From Alphaproteobacteria bacterium (GTDB lineage Bacteria > Pseudomonadota > Alphaproteobacteria > Puniceispirillales > Puniceispirillaceae): a stretch of DNA of 64,000 nt. Location of the stretch: contig WTJA01000028.1 of the NCBI GenBank assembly GCA_011524995.1, positions 15,453 to 79,452 on the forward strand, read 5' to 3'. The notes beneath the pieces were generated by a model. It was not told the origin of the DNA and made no database searches. It saw only the letters and a program-made list of their open reading frames with translations. Positions 1 through 12,139 of the stretch are shown one piece after another. A program made the translations under genes and the position numbers. How positions within the stretch are numbered: position 1 is the first letter of the stretch; every line of letters starts with the position of its first letter.

Positions 1-404
1 ACACCGCATGTGCCAACAGCAACCGCAGAAATACGACGCCAACCAATGGGCTCACGATATATGAGAGCGGTGAAAAGCAGCACAAAAATCGGCGAGGTAA
101 ACAAACCTGCTGCTGCCTCTGCGACGGTCATAATCGGCAAAGAGCCAAAATAGAGAAACATGGAAATCGTCTGAAGGCCGGTTCGTGCTAACACATGATA
201 AAGACGCTTAGGCCACAAGCGAATCCCCATATAAAGCGCAAAAGGCAGCATCAGGCAGGCTGACAGGAAGGACCGTATGGCATGGAACTGGCCCAAACCC
301 ATCGCATCTTGGATGAAATAGAATAAATTATCTGACAATCCTAAAATCGCCATTGCGATTAGGATAAGCAACCCGCCATATAATTCTGCTGGTAAGGATC
401 TCAT
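1..404 (-). CDS. EamA/DMT-family transporter, N-terminal part only (gene runs off the left edge)
   Basis: My own minus-strand translation from the ATG at 404..402 is open to the window edge: MRSLPAELYGGLLILIAMAILGLSDNLFYFIQ...GLFTSPIFVLLFTALIYREPIGWRRISAVAVG. It is multi-TM with an EamA-like pattern. It is absent from the ORF track because it is truncated. Confidence 0.55.
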   Translation of the reverse strand, partial: MRSLPAELYGGLLILIAMAILGLSDNLFYFIQDAMGLGQFHAIRSFLSACLMLPFALYMGIRLWPKRLYHVLARTGLQTISMFLYFGSLPIMTVAEAAAGLFTSPIFVLLFTALIYREPIGWRRISAVAVGTCG

Positions 405-504
405 CACCCGCTCCCTCGCCCTATAATGCCTGAGCTACCATGCCTGTATTTGAGGGGATGACGCAAGAATTGGATTGAAAATTTTATAAGGGTGCTGGCA
501 AGCG

Positions 505-978
505 CTAGCTTGACTGGCCGGCCCCTTGCGGGATGGAAACAGACAGGGTCATAAAGCTGCCATTATCTATGCCTTGTGTCGCGCGACCAACAACCCAATC
601 ATAGAGATAGGCTTTGCCATCATCCGCTGTGATACGCACACGCAATTGGGCGGCATCATCAGTCCTGTCAATTAGGGTGATTTGATAATCGGAATGACCC
701 AAGAGGGGGCGATAGGCCGGTAGGGCAAAGAGCATTGCAAAGCGCTGAATCGGTCCTGTGATACGTTTATTATCTGGATGGGCAAATCGCCAGACCTGTT
801 CCATCTCAAGGCTGTCTGCGCGGCCTTTCGATAATTTCAGGCCGAGCAGCTGAATTTCTACAACCTCTTGCGGTTCAAGATCTGGCGATGGCGCAATAAG
901 CTCATCCGACATGCTAGCGTGCGGGATAATACTACCCAGTAGGAGGAGACAAACTATCATCAGAGGCTTTATCGTCAT
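505..978 (-). CDS. Exported protein of unknown function, possibly DUF4864-like
   Basis: From the ATG at 978 the signal peptide is MTIKPLMIVCLLLLGSIIPHASM. The core FAHPDNKRITGPIQRFAMLFALPAYRPLLGH resembles the DUF4864 family as I remember it. The ORF track extends to a TTG at 1002. Confidence 0.5.
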   Translation of the reverse strand: MTIKPLMIVCLLLLGSIIPHASMSDELIAPSPDLEPQEVVEIQLLGLKLSKGRADSLEMEQVWRFAHPDNKRITGPIQRFAMLFALPAYRPLLGHSDYQITLIDRTDDAAQLRVRITADDGKAYLYDWVVGRATQGIDNGSFMTLSVSIPQGAGQSS

Positions 979-1021
979 ATTCTTCTTACGAGGGTGCCGC
1001 AAGACTAGATTATCTTGGCCT

Positions 1022-1720
1022 TTAAAGCTGATAGTGACCTTGCAAGAGAGGACGCGCCTCTGTCAGTGACGATACGATATGATGGGGTTTGCCTGGCAGC
1101 CTCTCAACAGGCAATGATTGCCGATTAACCCAAATAGTCTGAAAGCCAAAATGACTAGCGCCAGCAATATCCCAGCCATTGGATGAGAAAAATAAAATCT
1201 CATCTGCTGCGGCATCAAACCGGCTGGCACCCATCTGATAAATCACAGCCGATGGCTTAAAGGTCTGATGTGGCTCAACAGATAAAACATCTGTCAGATA
1301 GGGCGTCAGACCCGCATGTGACACCGCGCGGTCAAGCATCGCCTGATTCCCATTTGAGAGGATAGCACAAGGGGTATTTTGGTCAGCGAGATAACGCAAA
1401 CAGCCAAGCGCATCTTCATAGGGTAGGATATCGGCATAAAGCGCGAGTAAATCGGCACGCAGCGCCGCATCACCTGCAAGGCCTGTTGCATCTAGTGCAT
1501 AATCAAGGGCATCTTGTGTAATCTGCCAGAAAGAGGTGTAATCTGCCATTGCCGTACGCAGCCAGCTATATTCAACCTGGCGTGTCCGCCACAGACTTGT
1601 CAAAGCCTCTGCTTTATCTGCAAGCGCCGGATAATGCTGCTTGGCAACGAGCTGAGCTGTGGCTGATGAGATATCAAGCAAGGTCCCATAGGCATCAAAT
1701 AACACCGCTTTGATGGCCAT
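1022..1720 (-). CDS. Haloacid dehalogenase type II (HAD superfamily hydrolase)
   Basis: The N-terminus AVLFDAYGTLLD carries the HAD motif I (DxYGT). Length is 232 aa, with C-terminal FSSNGWDIAGASHFGF typical of L-2-haloacid dehalogenases. Confidence 0.8.
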   Translation of the reverse strand: MAIKAVLFDAYGTLLDISSATAQLVAKQHYPALADKAEALTSLWRTRQVEYSWLRTAMADYTSFWQITQDALDYALDATGLAGDAALRADLLALYADILPYEDALGCLRYLADQNTPCAILSNGNQAMLDRAVSHAGLTPYLTDVLSVEPHQTFKPSAVIYQMGASRFDAAADEILFFSSNGWDIAGASHFGFQTIWVNRQSLPVERLPGKPHHIVSSLTEARPLLQGHYQL

Positions 1721-1742
1721 AATGATACCCTCTTACGTAAGA

Positions 1743-2069
1743 CTAATCAGCGCCGCGGCAGCCATATTCTGCTTGGGCGGTTCTGCCAGAGATTGCCAGA
1801 TTAACCATATGGGCTGAATCATAGCCTCTAATGCGGCACGCTTCTGCGGCATTATCTTGCACATCTAGCGGGGCAGAAATCAATGTGCCCTCGCCTAACT
1901 CCCATTCGAAGAACAAGCTTGGCAAAGCAGGGGCAGCCTCTTCTTGAGGCGCTTCGGTAATGACGACCTCTTCTTGGGCTGGCACAAATGGCAATGATAG
2001 GGAACAAGCGCCTAATGTCACTAAGCTAGCGCATAACCCAAAGGACACAAATAACTCTCGTCTTATCAT
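1743..2069 (-). CDS. Small putative lipoprotein, unknown function
   Basis: The N-terminus MIRRELFVSFGLCASLVTLGAC has a lipobox-like LGAC. Length is 108 aa and I recognise no family. Confidence 0.45.
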   Translation of the reverse strand: MIRRELFVSFGLCASLVTLGACSLSLPFVPAQEEVVITEAPQEEAAPALPSLFFEWELGEGTLISAPLDVQDNAAEACRIRGYDSAHMVNLAISGRTAQAEYGCRGAD

Positions 2070-2151
2070 CGTTACTATTCCCTCACTTTATTGGCGTTAA
2101 CAGTAAGACAAAGCAAACAAGATTGGCTAGCTTTTATTCGCAAAAAGAGCC

Positions 2152-3051
2152 TTATTTTCGATCTTTACCTTTGGTTTGCGCCAAGATGAGACCCAGCAGA
2201 ATCAAACAAAGAGCTCCTAAATGCGTGGCAGTAATCACCTCATCTAGCAAACTATATCCCAATAGCATCGCCATTGCTGGAATAAGATATCCCACATAAG
2301 AGGTAAAAGTCGGCCCCGCACGCGCAATCAGCAAATAACGAATTGAAAAGGCAAACGCCGTTGGCATTGCTGCCAGCCAGACAAGCATACTCCAGCTTAA
2401 AGCTGACCACTCAAAAGGCGATGGTTGCTCAATCACCAACGCCAATGGCCATAAGATGCTAGAGGCCACAAACATCGAGCCTGTTGAAATGACAAGCCAA
2501 TGAATATGCGCGATCTTTCGCACTGTAAGGTTGCCTGCCACATAACAAAGAGAGGCGAAAATCGTCATGATCTGCGCCACAAGATGGCCTGTCCCAAGCG
2601 TGCGAAACCCATCTGATAATAATAGCCCTGCCCCAACGAGGCCCAATAAAATGCCAAAGAAACGACCACGCGAGACATCATCTTGGTAACCTAAGGCCCA
2701 GGCCCCCACCAAAGTGGCAAGCGGGCCCAACGCCATCAAGAGCCCGGCTAGCGCTGATTCAATTTGTAATTCTGCGAAGGGAATGATGATAAAGGGAAGA
2801 GCGGTACCAACACCCCCAATCATGAAAAACGCGCCTAGATGCTCTTTATAAGTCTGCCAGGGAATGGGGCCTGAGGCCGCGAGCCAGATCCCAAGGATTA
2901 GGGCTGCGCCAGAGGCGCGAATTGCGGCTAGTGATAGGGGCCCCGTCTCATAGACGGCAACCTTAATCGCGCCAAAGGAGGACGCCCATACAAACGCGAT
3001 GAGTAACAACAGCGCGATATTCACCATGCGAAACCGAAGCGTCTGTGACAT
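2152..3051 (-). CDS. EamA/DMT-family transporter
   Basis: About 10 predicted TM segments with two EamA-like halves. I place the start at the ATG at 3051 (MSQTLRFRMVNIALLLL) because the longer track ORF would overlap the upstream paralog. Confidence 0.8.
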   Translation of the reverse strand: MSQTLRFRMVNIALLLLIAFVWASSFGAIKVAVYETGPLSLAAIRASGAALILGIWLAASGPIPWQTYKEHLGAFFMIGGVGTALPFIIIPFAELQIESALAGLLMALGPLATLVGAWALGYQDDVSRGRFFGILLGLVGAGLLLSDGFRTLGTGHLVAQIMTIFASLCYVAGNLTVRKIAHIHWLVISTGSMFVASSILWPLALVIEQPSPFEWSALSWSMLVWLAAMPTAFAFSIRYLLIARAGPTFTSYVGYLIPAMAMLLGYSLLDEVITATHLGALCLILLGLILAQTKGKDRK

Positions 3052-3076
3052 ATCCCTTAATTCCCACAATTCACGA

Positions 3077-3967
3077 TTACAGGAGCAACAGCCAAGAGCT
3101 GACGACGACACATCCTGCCCCAAGCCATGCCCCAAAAGGCGGCACTAATTTTGTTTGCCACCAAATAAAAGGTAGCACCATGACCGGACTGAGAGACGCT
3201 AACAAAGTAACCTCTGCGATACGGCCCGTTTCCAGCGCCATTAACATCAATGCCACCCCAAAGCTCAAGCCAAAAAAGCCATTGGCTATGATATGAGATG
3301 ACATAGAGCGCGCGCTGTTGCGGGGAAGGGTGCGCGCTTGTCGATCAAAGGGGTAGATCGCCCATAGGCACAAAGCGGCAAATAACACACGTATCAAAGA
3401 GGCAATCCAAGGATCTGCTCCCTCGCTCATCACAGGGCGCAAAATCAGCACGCCGGCCGCTTGTCCAAATGCTGCCAACAAGCCAGCGCCCACCCCTATC
3501 CATAAGGGCGGCTCTATTGATTCCCAGATATGAGACACCGCTTTTCGTTTGCCATACAGCACCGCTAATCCCACACCGATAAAGCCACTTAACAACGCCA
3601 ATATCGTCACAAATGACAAGGCTTCTGAGAGAATGAGCCAGCCAAGCATGGCTGCCATTGGCGCGCTTGTCGCAAATAGAATACCTGTGATACGTGGCCC
3701 CAGGCGGCGCATCGCCACAAATAGGAAATAATCACCTAGGACAATCCCAACCAGGCTTGATAGCAGGATAGGCATGATATGAGACGGCGCTACACTCAAA
3801 GGCGCGCCGGCAATCCCAATCATAGGACACAGCCACAACGCCGCCACTACCATTCGAATGCGGTTAAAATGCAAGGAACCAAGGGCGCGCGCAGGCGCAT
3901 GACCAAATAGCCCCGCAATCGTCCAGCTTAAAGCGGCGCCAAGTGCCAAAAGATGCGCTGTTTCCAT
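3077..3967 (-). CDS. EamA/DMT-family transporter (tandem paralog)
   Basis: 296 aa and hydrophobic throughout, with a two-repeat DMT topology. It sits directly upstream of 2152..3051 on the same strand. Confidence 0.8.
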   Translation of the reverse strand: METAHLLALGAALSWTIAGLFGHAPARALGSLHFNRIRMVVAALWLCPMIGIAGAPLSVAPSHIMPILLSSLVGIVLGDYFLFVAMRRLGPRITGILFATSAPMAAMLGWLILSEALSFVTILALLSGFIGVGLAVLYGKRKAVSHIWESIEPPLWIGVGAGLLAAFGQAAGVLILRPVMSEGADPWIASLIRVLFAALCLWAIYPFDRQARTLPRNSARSMSSHIIANGFFGLSFGVALMLMALETGRIAEVTLLASLSPVMVLPFIWWQTKLVPPFGAWLGAGCVVVSSWLLLL

Positions 3968-3980
3968 AAATGGCTAAGCC

Positions 3981-5183
3981 TTATTTGTGTGATGGTAACC
4001 CTGTTAGGTGAGACAAAGCCTGACGTAAATCTGCTATCAAATCAGCGGCATCTTCTAATCCGACTGACAGGCGGATATGACCATCTGTAATACCTAATTC
4101 TGCACGCGCCTCGGCACCGATATTCATATGAGTCGTGCTCGCTGGATGGCAGGCTAGTGATTTTGAATCGCCCAAATTATTGGATATATCAATGAGGCGT
4201 AGCTTGTTCAACAAGGTAAAGGCCGCCTCTTTCCCGCCCCGGCATGCAAAAGCGATGAGGCTGCCGGCGCCTGACATTTGGCGCTGGGCTAGGTCATATT
4301 GCGGGTGCGAGGAATGACCGGGGTAAGAGAGGCTCTCAATGGCCTCATGCTGATGTAAGAAATCAGCGATCTCAGTGGCTGATTTTGTTTGCTCTGCCAA
4401 ACGCAAGGGCAGAGTTTCCACAGCTTTTAGCAAAATCCACGCATTAAAGGGTGAAATTGCTGCCCCTGTCTGGCGATAAAACGGCAATAAGGTGTCTTTG
4501 ATATAGGTCTCGCTACCAAGAACCAGACCACCTAACACACGCCCCTGACCTTCAATATGTTTGGTCGCAGAATAGCAAATAATATCAGCACCAAGCTGCA
4601 GGGGCTTTTGATAAATTGGCGTCGCAAACACATTATCGACAATGACAAGCGCCCCAGCTTGATGGGCGAGGTCGCTGACCGCCTCAATATCAACAAGCTG
4701 CAGGATAGGATTTGACGGGCTTTCTAAAAAGACCACTTTGGTCGGGGTGGCAAGAGCGGCTTCCCACGCTTTGAGGTCCGTGCCATCCACTAGCGTCACA
4801 GAAACCCCCCATGCTGGAAGGATTTTTGTTAAAATCGCATGACACGCGCCAAATAGAGCGCGGCTTGCCACAACCCTATCACCTGTTTTCAACAAAGAGG
4901 CTAAGGCGGCAAAAATCGCTGACATGCCTGTACCAGTGGCCAAGCAGGCCTCTGCCCCTTCTAATAAGGCCATCTTCTCTTCAAGCATGGCGACGGTAGG
5001 ATTGCCATAGCGCGAATAGACATAACGGTCTTCCTCTCCTGCGAAAGCCGCTTCTGCCTCTTCTGCAGAATTATAAACATAACCAGAGGTGAGATAGAGC
5101 GCTTCAGAAGTTTCCTGATGCTCGGAGCGTAACAGACCACCTCTGATCAAATTTGTTTTATCACCATACTGTGATTGGCTCAT
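3981..5183 (-). CDS. metZ: O-succinylhomoserine sulfhydrylase (Cys/Met-metabolism PLP enzyme)
   Basis: 400 aa with YSRYGNPTV, the ESPSNP motif and the PLP-lysine context SATKHIEGQGR, typical of MetZ and the cystathionine gamma-synthase family. Confidence 0.85.
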   Translation of the reverse strand: MSQSQYGDKTNLIRGGLLRSEHQETSEALYLTSGYVYNSAEEAEAAFAGEEDRYVYSRYGNPTVAMLEEKMALLEGAEACLATGTGMSAIFAALASLLKTGDRVVASRALFGACHAILTKILPAWGVSVTLVDGTDLKAWEAALATPTKVVFLESPSNPILQLVDIEAVSDLAHQAGALVIVDNVFATPIYQKPLQLGADIICYSATKHIEGQGRVLGGLVLGSETYIKDTLLPFYRQTGAAISPFNAWILLKAVETLPLRLAEQTKSATEIADFLHQHEAIESLSYPGHSSHPQYDLAQRQMSGAGSLIAFACRGGKEAAFTLLNKLRLIDISNNLGDSKSLACHPASTTHMNIGAEARAELGITDGHIRLSVGLEDAADLIADLRQALSHLTGLPSHK

Positions 5184-5252
5184 CGTTCCTACCTTTTGCC
5201 AAATTGGTCATCTGGCCCCATTCATATCTCATTTTTTATCTGGGAACTAGGC

Positions 5253-5783
5253 CTAAGCCCGCGGGGCATGTTTTGCCAAGATCCGCTGCAAAGTGCGACG
5301 ATGCATTTTCAGGCGCCGTGCTGTTTCAGAGACATTTCTGTCACATTGTTCAAACACACGCTGAATATGCTCCCATCTCACACGGTCGGCACTCATCGGA
5401 TCTTCTGGTGGGGGCGGCATTGTACCATCTTGTTGCAGCAAAGCGGCAACGATTTGATCAGGATTGGCTGGCTTTGGCAAATAATCAAGCGCGCCTGCTT
5501 TCACCGCTGCCACAGCTGTCGCAATATTGCCGAACCCTGTGAGAATCACGACACGACAATCAGCATTTGTCTGATGTAACGCTTTTACAACATCAAGGCC
5601 ACTGCCATCTTCTAGCTTCAAATCTAAGATGGCATAATCAAAGGATTCTAATTTAGAGGCTTCAATTCCCTCTTTCACCGACGCCACACTGGTGACCACA
5701 AAGCCGCGCTGTTCCATGGCGCGCTCTAGCCGCTTACGCAAAGCCGTATCATCATCAAGAAGAAGCAGGTTTTGATTATCCAT
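5253..5783 (-). CDS. regA: Redox response regulator RegA/ActR/PrrA
   Basis: It has a receiver domain (LLLDDD...ILDLKLEDGSG) and the highly conserved RegA HTH VSETARRLKMHRRTLQRILAK. I place the start at the ATG at 5783, 2 nt downstream of the regB stop. Confidence 0.9.
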   Translation of the reverse strand: MDNQNLLLLDDDTALRKRLERAMEQRGFVVTSVASVKEGIEASKLESFDYAILDLKLEDGSGLDVVKALHQTNADCRVVILTGFGNIATAVAAVKAGALDYLPKPANPDQIVAALLQQDGTMPPPPEDPMSADRVRWEHIQRVFEQCDRNVSETARRLKMHRRTLQRILAKHAPRA

Positions 5784-5787
5784 GAAT

Positions 5788-7125
5788 TTAGCCTTTCTCA
5801 GCCTGTGCTTCAATATAGGCCCGCGGCACAATGATGACAACGTGCCCCCCGCTTTGGGGTTGATTTTTCACTGATAGCGTGCCGCCGACGCTCTCAATCA
5901 AACTCATCGCCAAATACAGCCCAAGGCCCCGGTGACCATCTTGGCCTTTGCGTGTTGAGTTAAAGGGCTGACCAAAGCGATTCATGATCGCGCGATTAAA
6001 ACCAGGCCCGTCATCTTTGATATCAAAGAAAAGATAATTATCATTCCAGCTGACCTGAAAACTAATGAGAGATTTGGCAAAGCCATCTGCATTATCCAAA
6101 ATTGTCTCAAGCGCATATTTGAGCTCTGGCCGTGATTGCAAGAGGGGCTCTACCTCGTCATCATTCCCTTTCACCTCAAAAGCCAATCTTGTTTTCATCT
6201 CAGCCAATTTTGGTGAAATAAGCGAGTGAATCACCTCGCTAATGGGCAAGCCAAATGCCAGATCAGAGGAGGATAGATTCGCGTCCGCATCCAACTCTGA
6301 CAAAATCACCCGGCATCGGTCGATTTCGTGAGTCAACATCTGCACATCTTCCAGAAGGGGATCATCATCCTCCAATTCTTGGGTAAGCTCATGGCTAATC
6401 ACATAGATGGTATTGAGCGGCGAGCCTAATTTATGCGCGGCAGCTGTCGCGAGCCGGCCAAGCGCCAATGATTCACGCTCTTGTGCTAAATCTAGCTGCG
6501 CGACATTTAACAGCGAGGCTAATTGCCGGCGATTATCAGCCAAATACCAGGTATAGAGCGAGATAAAGACAGCAGAAATAACTAAGGCAGATAAGATACC
6601 AAATAAGAAGAGTTGCGGCATATCAAAATCAGGTTCTGCCCATGGTAATGGCAGATGATAAACCGATAAAAAGCTAGCTGATATGATGACCAATAACAGC
6701 AAGGAAATGGTAGCTTTCAATTCCAAAACAGCGGCGGATACCACCAGCGGCGCTAATAACAGAATAAAGAAGGGGTTTAGCAATCCACCGGTAAGGTAAA
6801 TAAGGGCGGCCAGCTGTAACACATCAAAAGCGAGTGCTAATAAAATCTCAATTTGATAGGTAACAGGGATATAGCGATTACGTTGATCAATCGCCAAATT
6901 AACAAGAGCAGAGGTAAAAATCACCCCCAACGCGCTATCAAGCGGGAAGGAAAATCCCAGACCAAAATATATGATTAGGCAAGCAGCTAACTGGCCTGAT
7001 AAAGCAAGCCAGCGAATGCGCACAAGATTTTGCGGATCAAAATGGCCATGTCGGGGGGCACCTGCCGCAGCTTTCTCGGCTTGTTTCACAAAAAGCTGCG
7101 ATGTGATCTGGCGCCCTGCCCGCAT
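5788..7125 (-). CDS. regB: Redox sensor histidine kinase RegB/ActS/PrrB
   Basis: It has N-terminal TM segments carrying GGLLNPF (the GGXXNPF quinone motif of RegB), the H-box AAHKLGSPLNTI, the Cys-containing redox box EIDRCRVIL, and the ATPase G-box GLGLYLA. Start is the ATG at 7125, with an alternative TTG at 7128. Confidence 0.85.
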   Translation of the reverse strand: MRAGRQITSQLFVKQAEKAAAGAPRHGHFDPQNLVRIRWLALSGQLAACLIIYFGLGFSFPLDSALGVIFTSALVNLAIDQRNRYIPVTYQIEILLALAFDVLQLAALIYLTGGLLNPFFILLLAPLVVSAAVLELKATISLLLLVIISASFLSVYHLPLPWAEPDFDMPQLFLFGILSALVISAVFISLYTWYLADNRRQLASLLNVAQLDLAQERESLALGRLATAAAHKLGSPLNTIYVISHELTQELEDDDPLLEDVQMLTHEIDRCRVILSELDADANLSSSDLAFGLPISEVIHSLISPKLAEMKTRLAFEVKGNDDEVEPLLQSRPELKYALETILDNADGFAKSLISFQVSWNDNYLFFDIKDDGPGFNRAIMNRFGQPFNSTRKGQDGHRGLGLYLAMSLIESVGGTLSVKNQPQSGGHVVIIVPRAYIEAQAEKG

Positions 7126-7144
7126 CAAATGAGTCCTAGTAAGA

Positions 7145-7169
7145 GATGCCGCCTCAATTTGGCAGCATC
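7145..7169 (-). terminator. Possible hairpin between gyrB and regB
   Basis: GATGCCGCC / GGCAGCATC form a 9-bp stem with one mismatch and a 7-nt loop. The downstream U-tract on the minus strand is weak. Confidence 0.25.
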
Positions 7170-7176
7170 ACCATGA

Positions 7177-10772
<3,596 letters not shown>

Positions 10773-10872
10773 AGAACGGACGAAGACATCCGGCCGCTCT
10801 TTTAGCTGCGATTGCGTATCAGAAAGAGATGGTACAACAGACAGCGTGCCCGCTCCTTACAAAGCCGTGCCG

Positions 10873-11976
10873 TTAGACGCGCATCGGCATCAAAACAAAT
10901 AAATTCGCATCATCAGATGGTGCTTGAATCAAGCTTGGCGCGCCTGGATCTGCGAGTGACATCTGCACAACATCGCCATGAATCTGCGCTGTGATTTCCA
11001 TCAGATAGCGCGCATTAAAGCCCACTTCCATCGCACCGCCGTCAAATGCCACCTCTAATTCTTCTATCGCAGAAGAGGCATCTGTATTGCTCGCTGAGAG
11101 ACGCACAAGATTTGGCTCAAGCGCCATCTTCACAGAGCGTGTCTTTTCAGATGAGATGGTTGACACACGGTCAACCGCCGCCAAGAAAGCCGCTTTATCC
11201 AAAGATAGAACCTTATCATTTCCTGTCGGGATCACTCTGGTGTAATCAGGGAATGAGCCATCGATTAATTTTGACGTCAAACGCACATGACCAAATGAAA
11301 ACTCAGCTCTCGTCTCGCTCAGGCGAACATCAACGTCCCCTTCTTGGTCATCGAGTAATTTCCGCAATTCACCAACCGCTTTGCGTGGCAGGATAATCGC
11401 TGGCATATCCTCGGCACCAGCTGGCAGATTCATCTGGCTCATCGCCAAACGATGCCCATCTGTTGCAACAGCACATAGCTGGCCATTGGCTGATTTATGG
11501 AAATAAATCCCGTTGAGGTAATAGCGTGTCTCTTCGGTTGAGATAGCGAATTTGGTGGTATCAATCATGTCACGCAAATCAACAGCTGTGAGCGTGAAGT
11601 GATGCGGCAAATCAGCGGCTGAAATCGCAGGGAAATCTTCGACAGGCAATGTTGGCAGACGGAAGCTTGAGCGGCCCGCGCTAATCTGCGCATGGCCATC
11701 AGCCATCTGAATTTCAACCTCTGAGCCTTCAGGCAATTTGCGCACAATATCATTCAACATATGCGCTGAGACTGTGCTCGCCCCGTCAGTTGCCACAGCA
11801 CAGTCAACATGGGTGACAATATCCATATCCATATCGGTACCTGTAAGCGATAATTGCCCTGCCGCGGCCCGAAGCACCATATTGTTGAGAATCGGGATGG
11901 TGTTACGTCTTTCGACAACTGAACTCACATGGCCAAGAGGGCGCAACAGGCTCATTCGATCAATTGTAAATCTCAT
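10873..11976 (-). CDS. dnaN: DNA polymerase III beta sliding clamp
   Basis: 367 aa. It begins MRFTIDR...VVERRNTIPILNNMVL and ends LFVLMPMRV, typical of DnaN. Confidence 0.95.
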   Translation of the reverse strand: MRFTIDRMSLLRPLGHVSSVVERRNTIPILNNMVLRAAAGQLSLTGTDMDMDIVTHVDCAVATDGASTVSAHMLNDIVRKLPEGSEVEIQMADGHAQISAGRSSFRLPTLPVEDFPAISAADLPHHFTLTAVDLRDMIDTTKFAISTEETRYYLNGIYFHKSANGQLCAVATDGHRLAMSQMNLPAGAEDMPAIILPRKAVGELRKLLDDQEGDVDVRLSETRAEFSFGHVRLTSKLIDGSFPDYTRVIPTGNDKVLSLDKAAFLAAVDRVSTISSEKTRSVKMALEPNLVRLSASNTDASSAIEELEVAFDGGAMEVGFNARYLMEITAQIHGDVVQMSLADPGAPSLIQAPSDDANLFVLMPMRV

Positions 11977-12039
11977 CTTCAGATCTCATTTTCTCTTCGG
12001 TTGATATCGCTATGATCACACCATGTAACCATAGGGATA

Positions 12040-12068
12040 TTTTGGCATACAAAATGTAGCATGCCAAA
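12040..12068. repeat. Inverted repeat TTTGGCAT-N12-ATGCCAAA in the dnaA-dnaN spacer
   Basis: Read directly from the sequence. The arms are 12041-12048 and 12061-12068 and are perfectly complementary over 8 bp. Neither strand has a U-tract after it. Confidence 0.6.
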
Positions 12069-12139
12069 CGAAAAACATCACAATATATGCTATGAAAGCG
12101 AGGGGTAGGTGCTAGCGAAGCAAGGGGCGAATCACGGCC

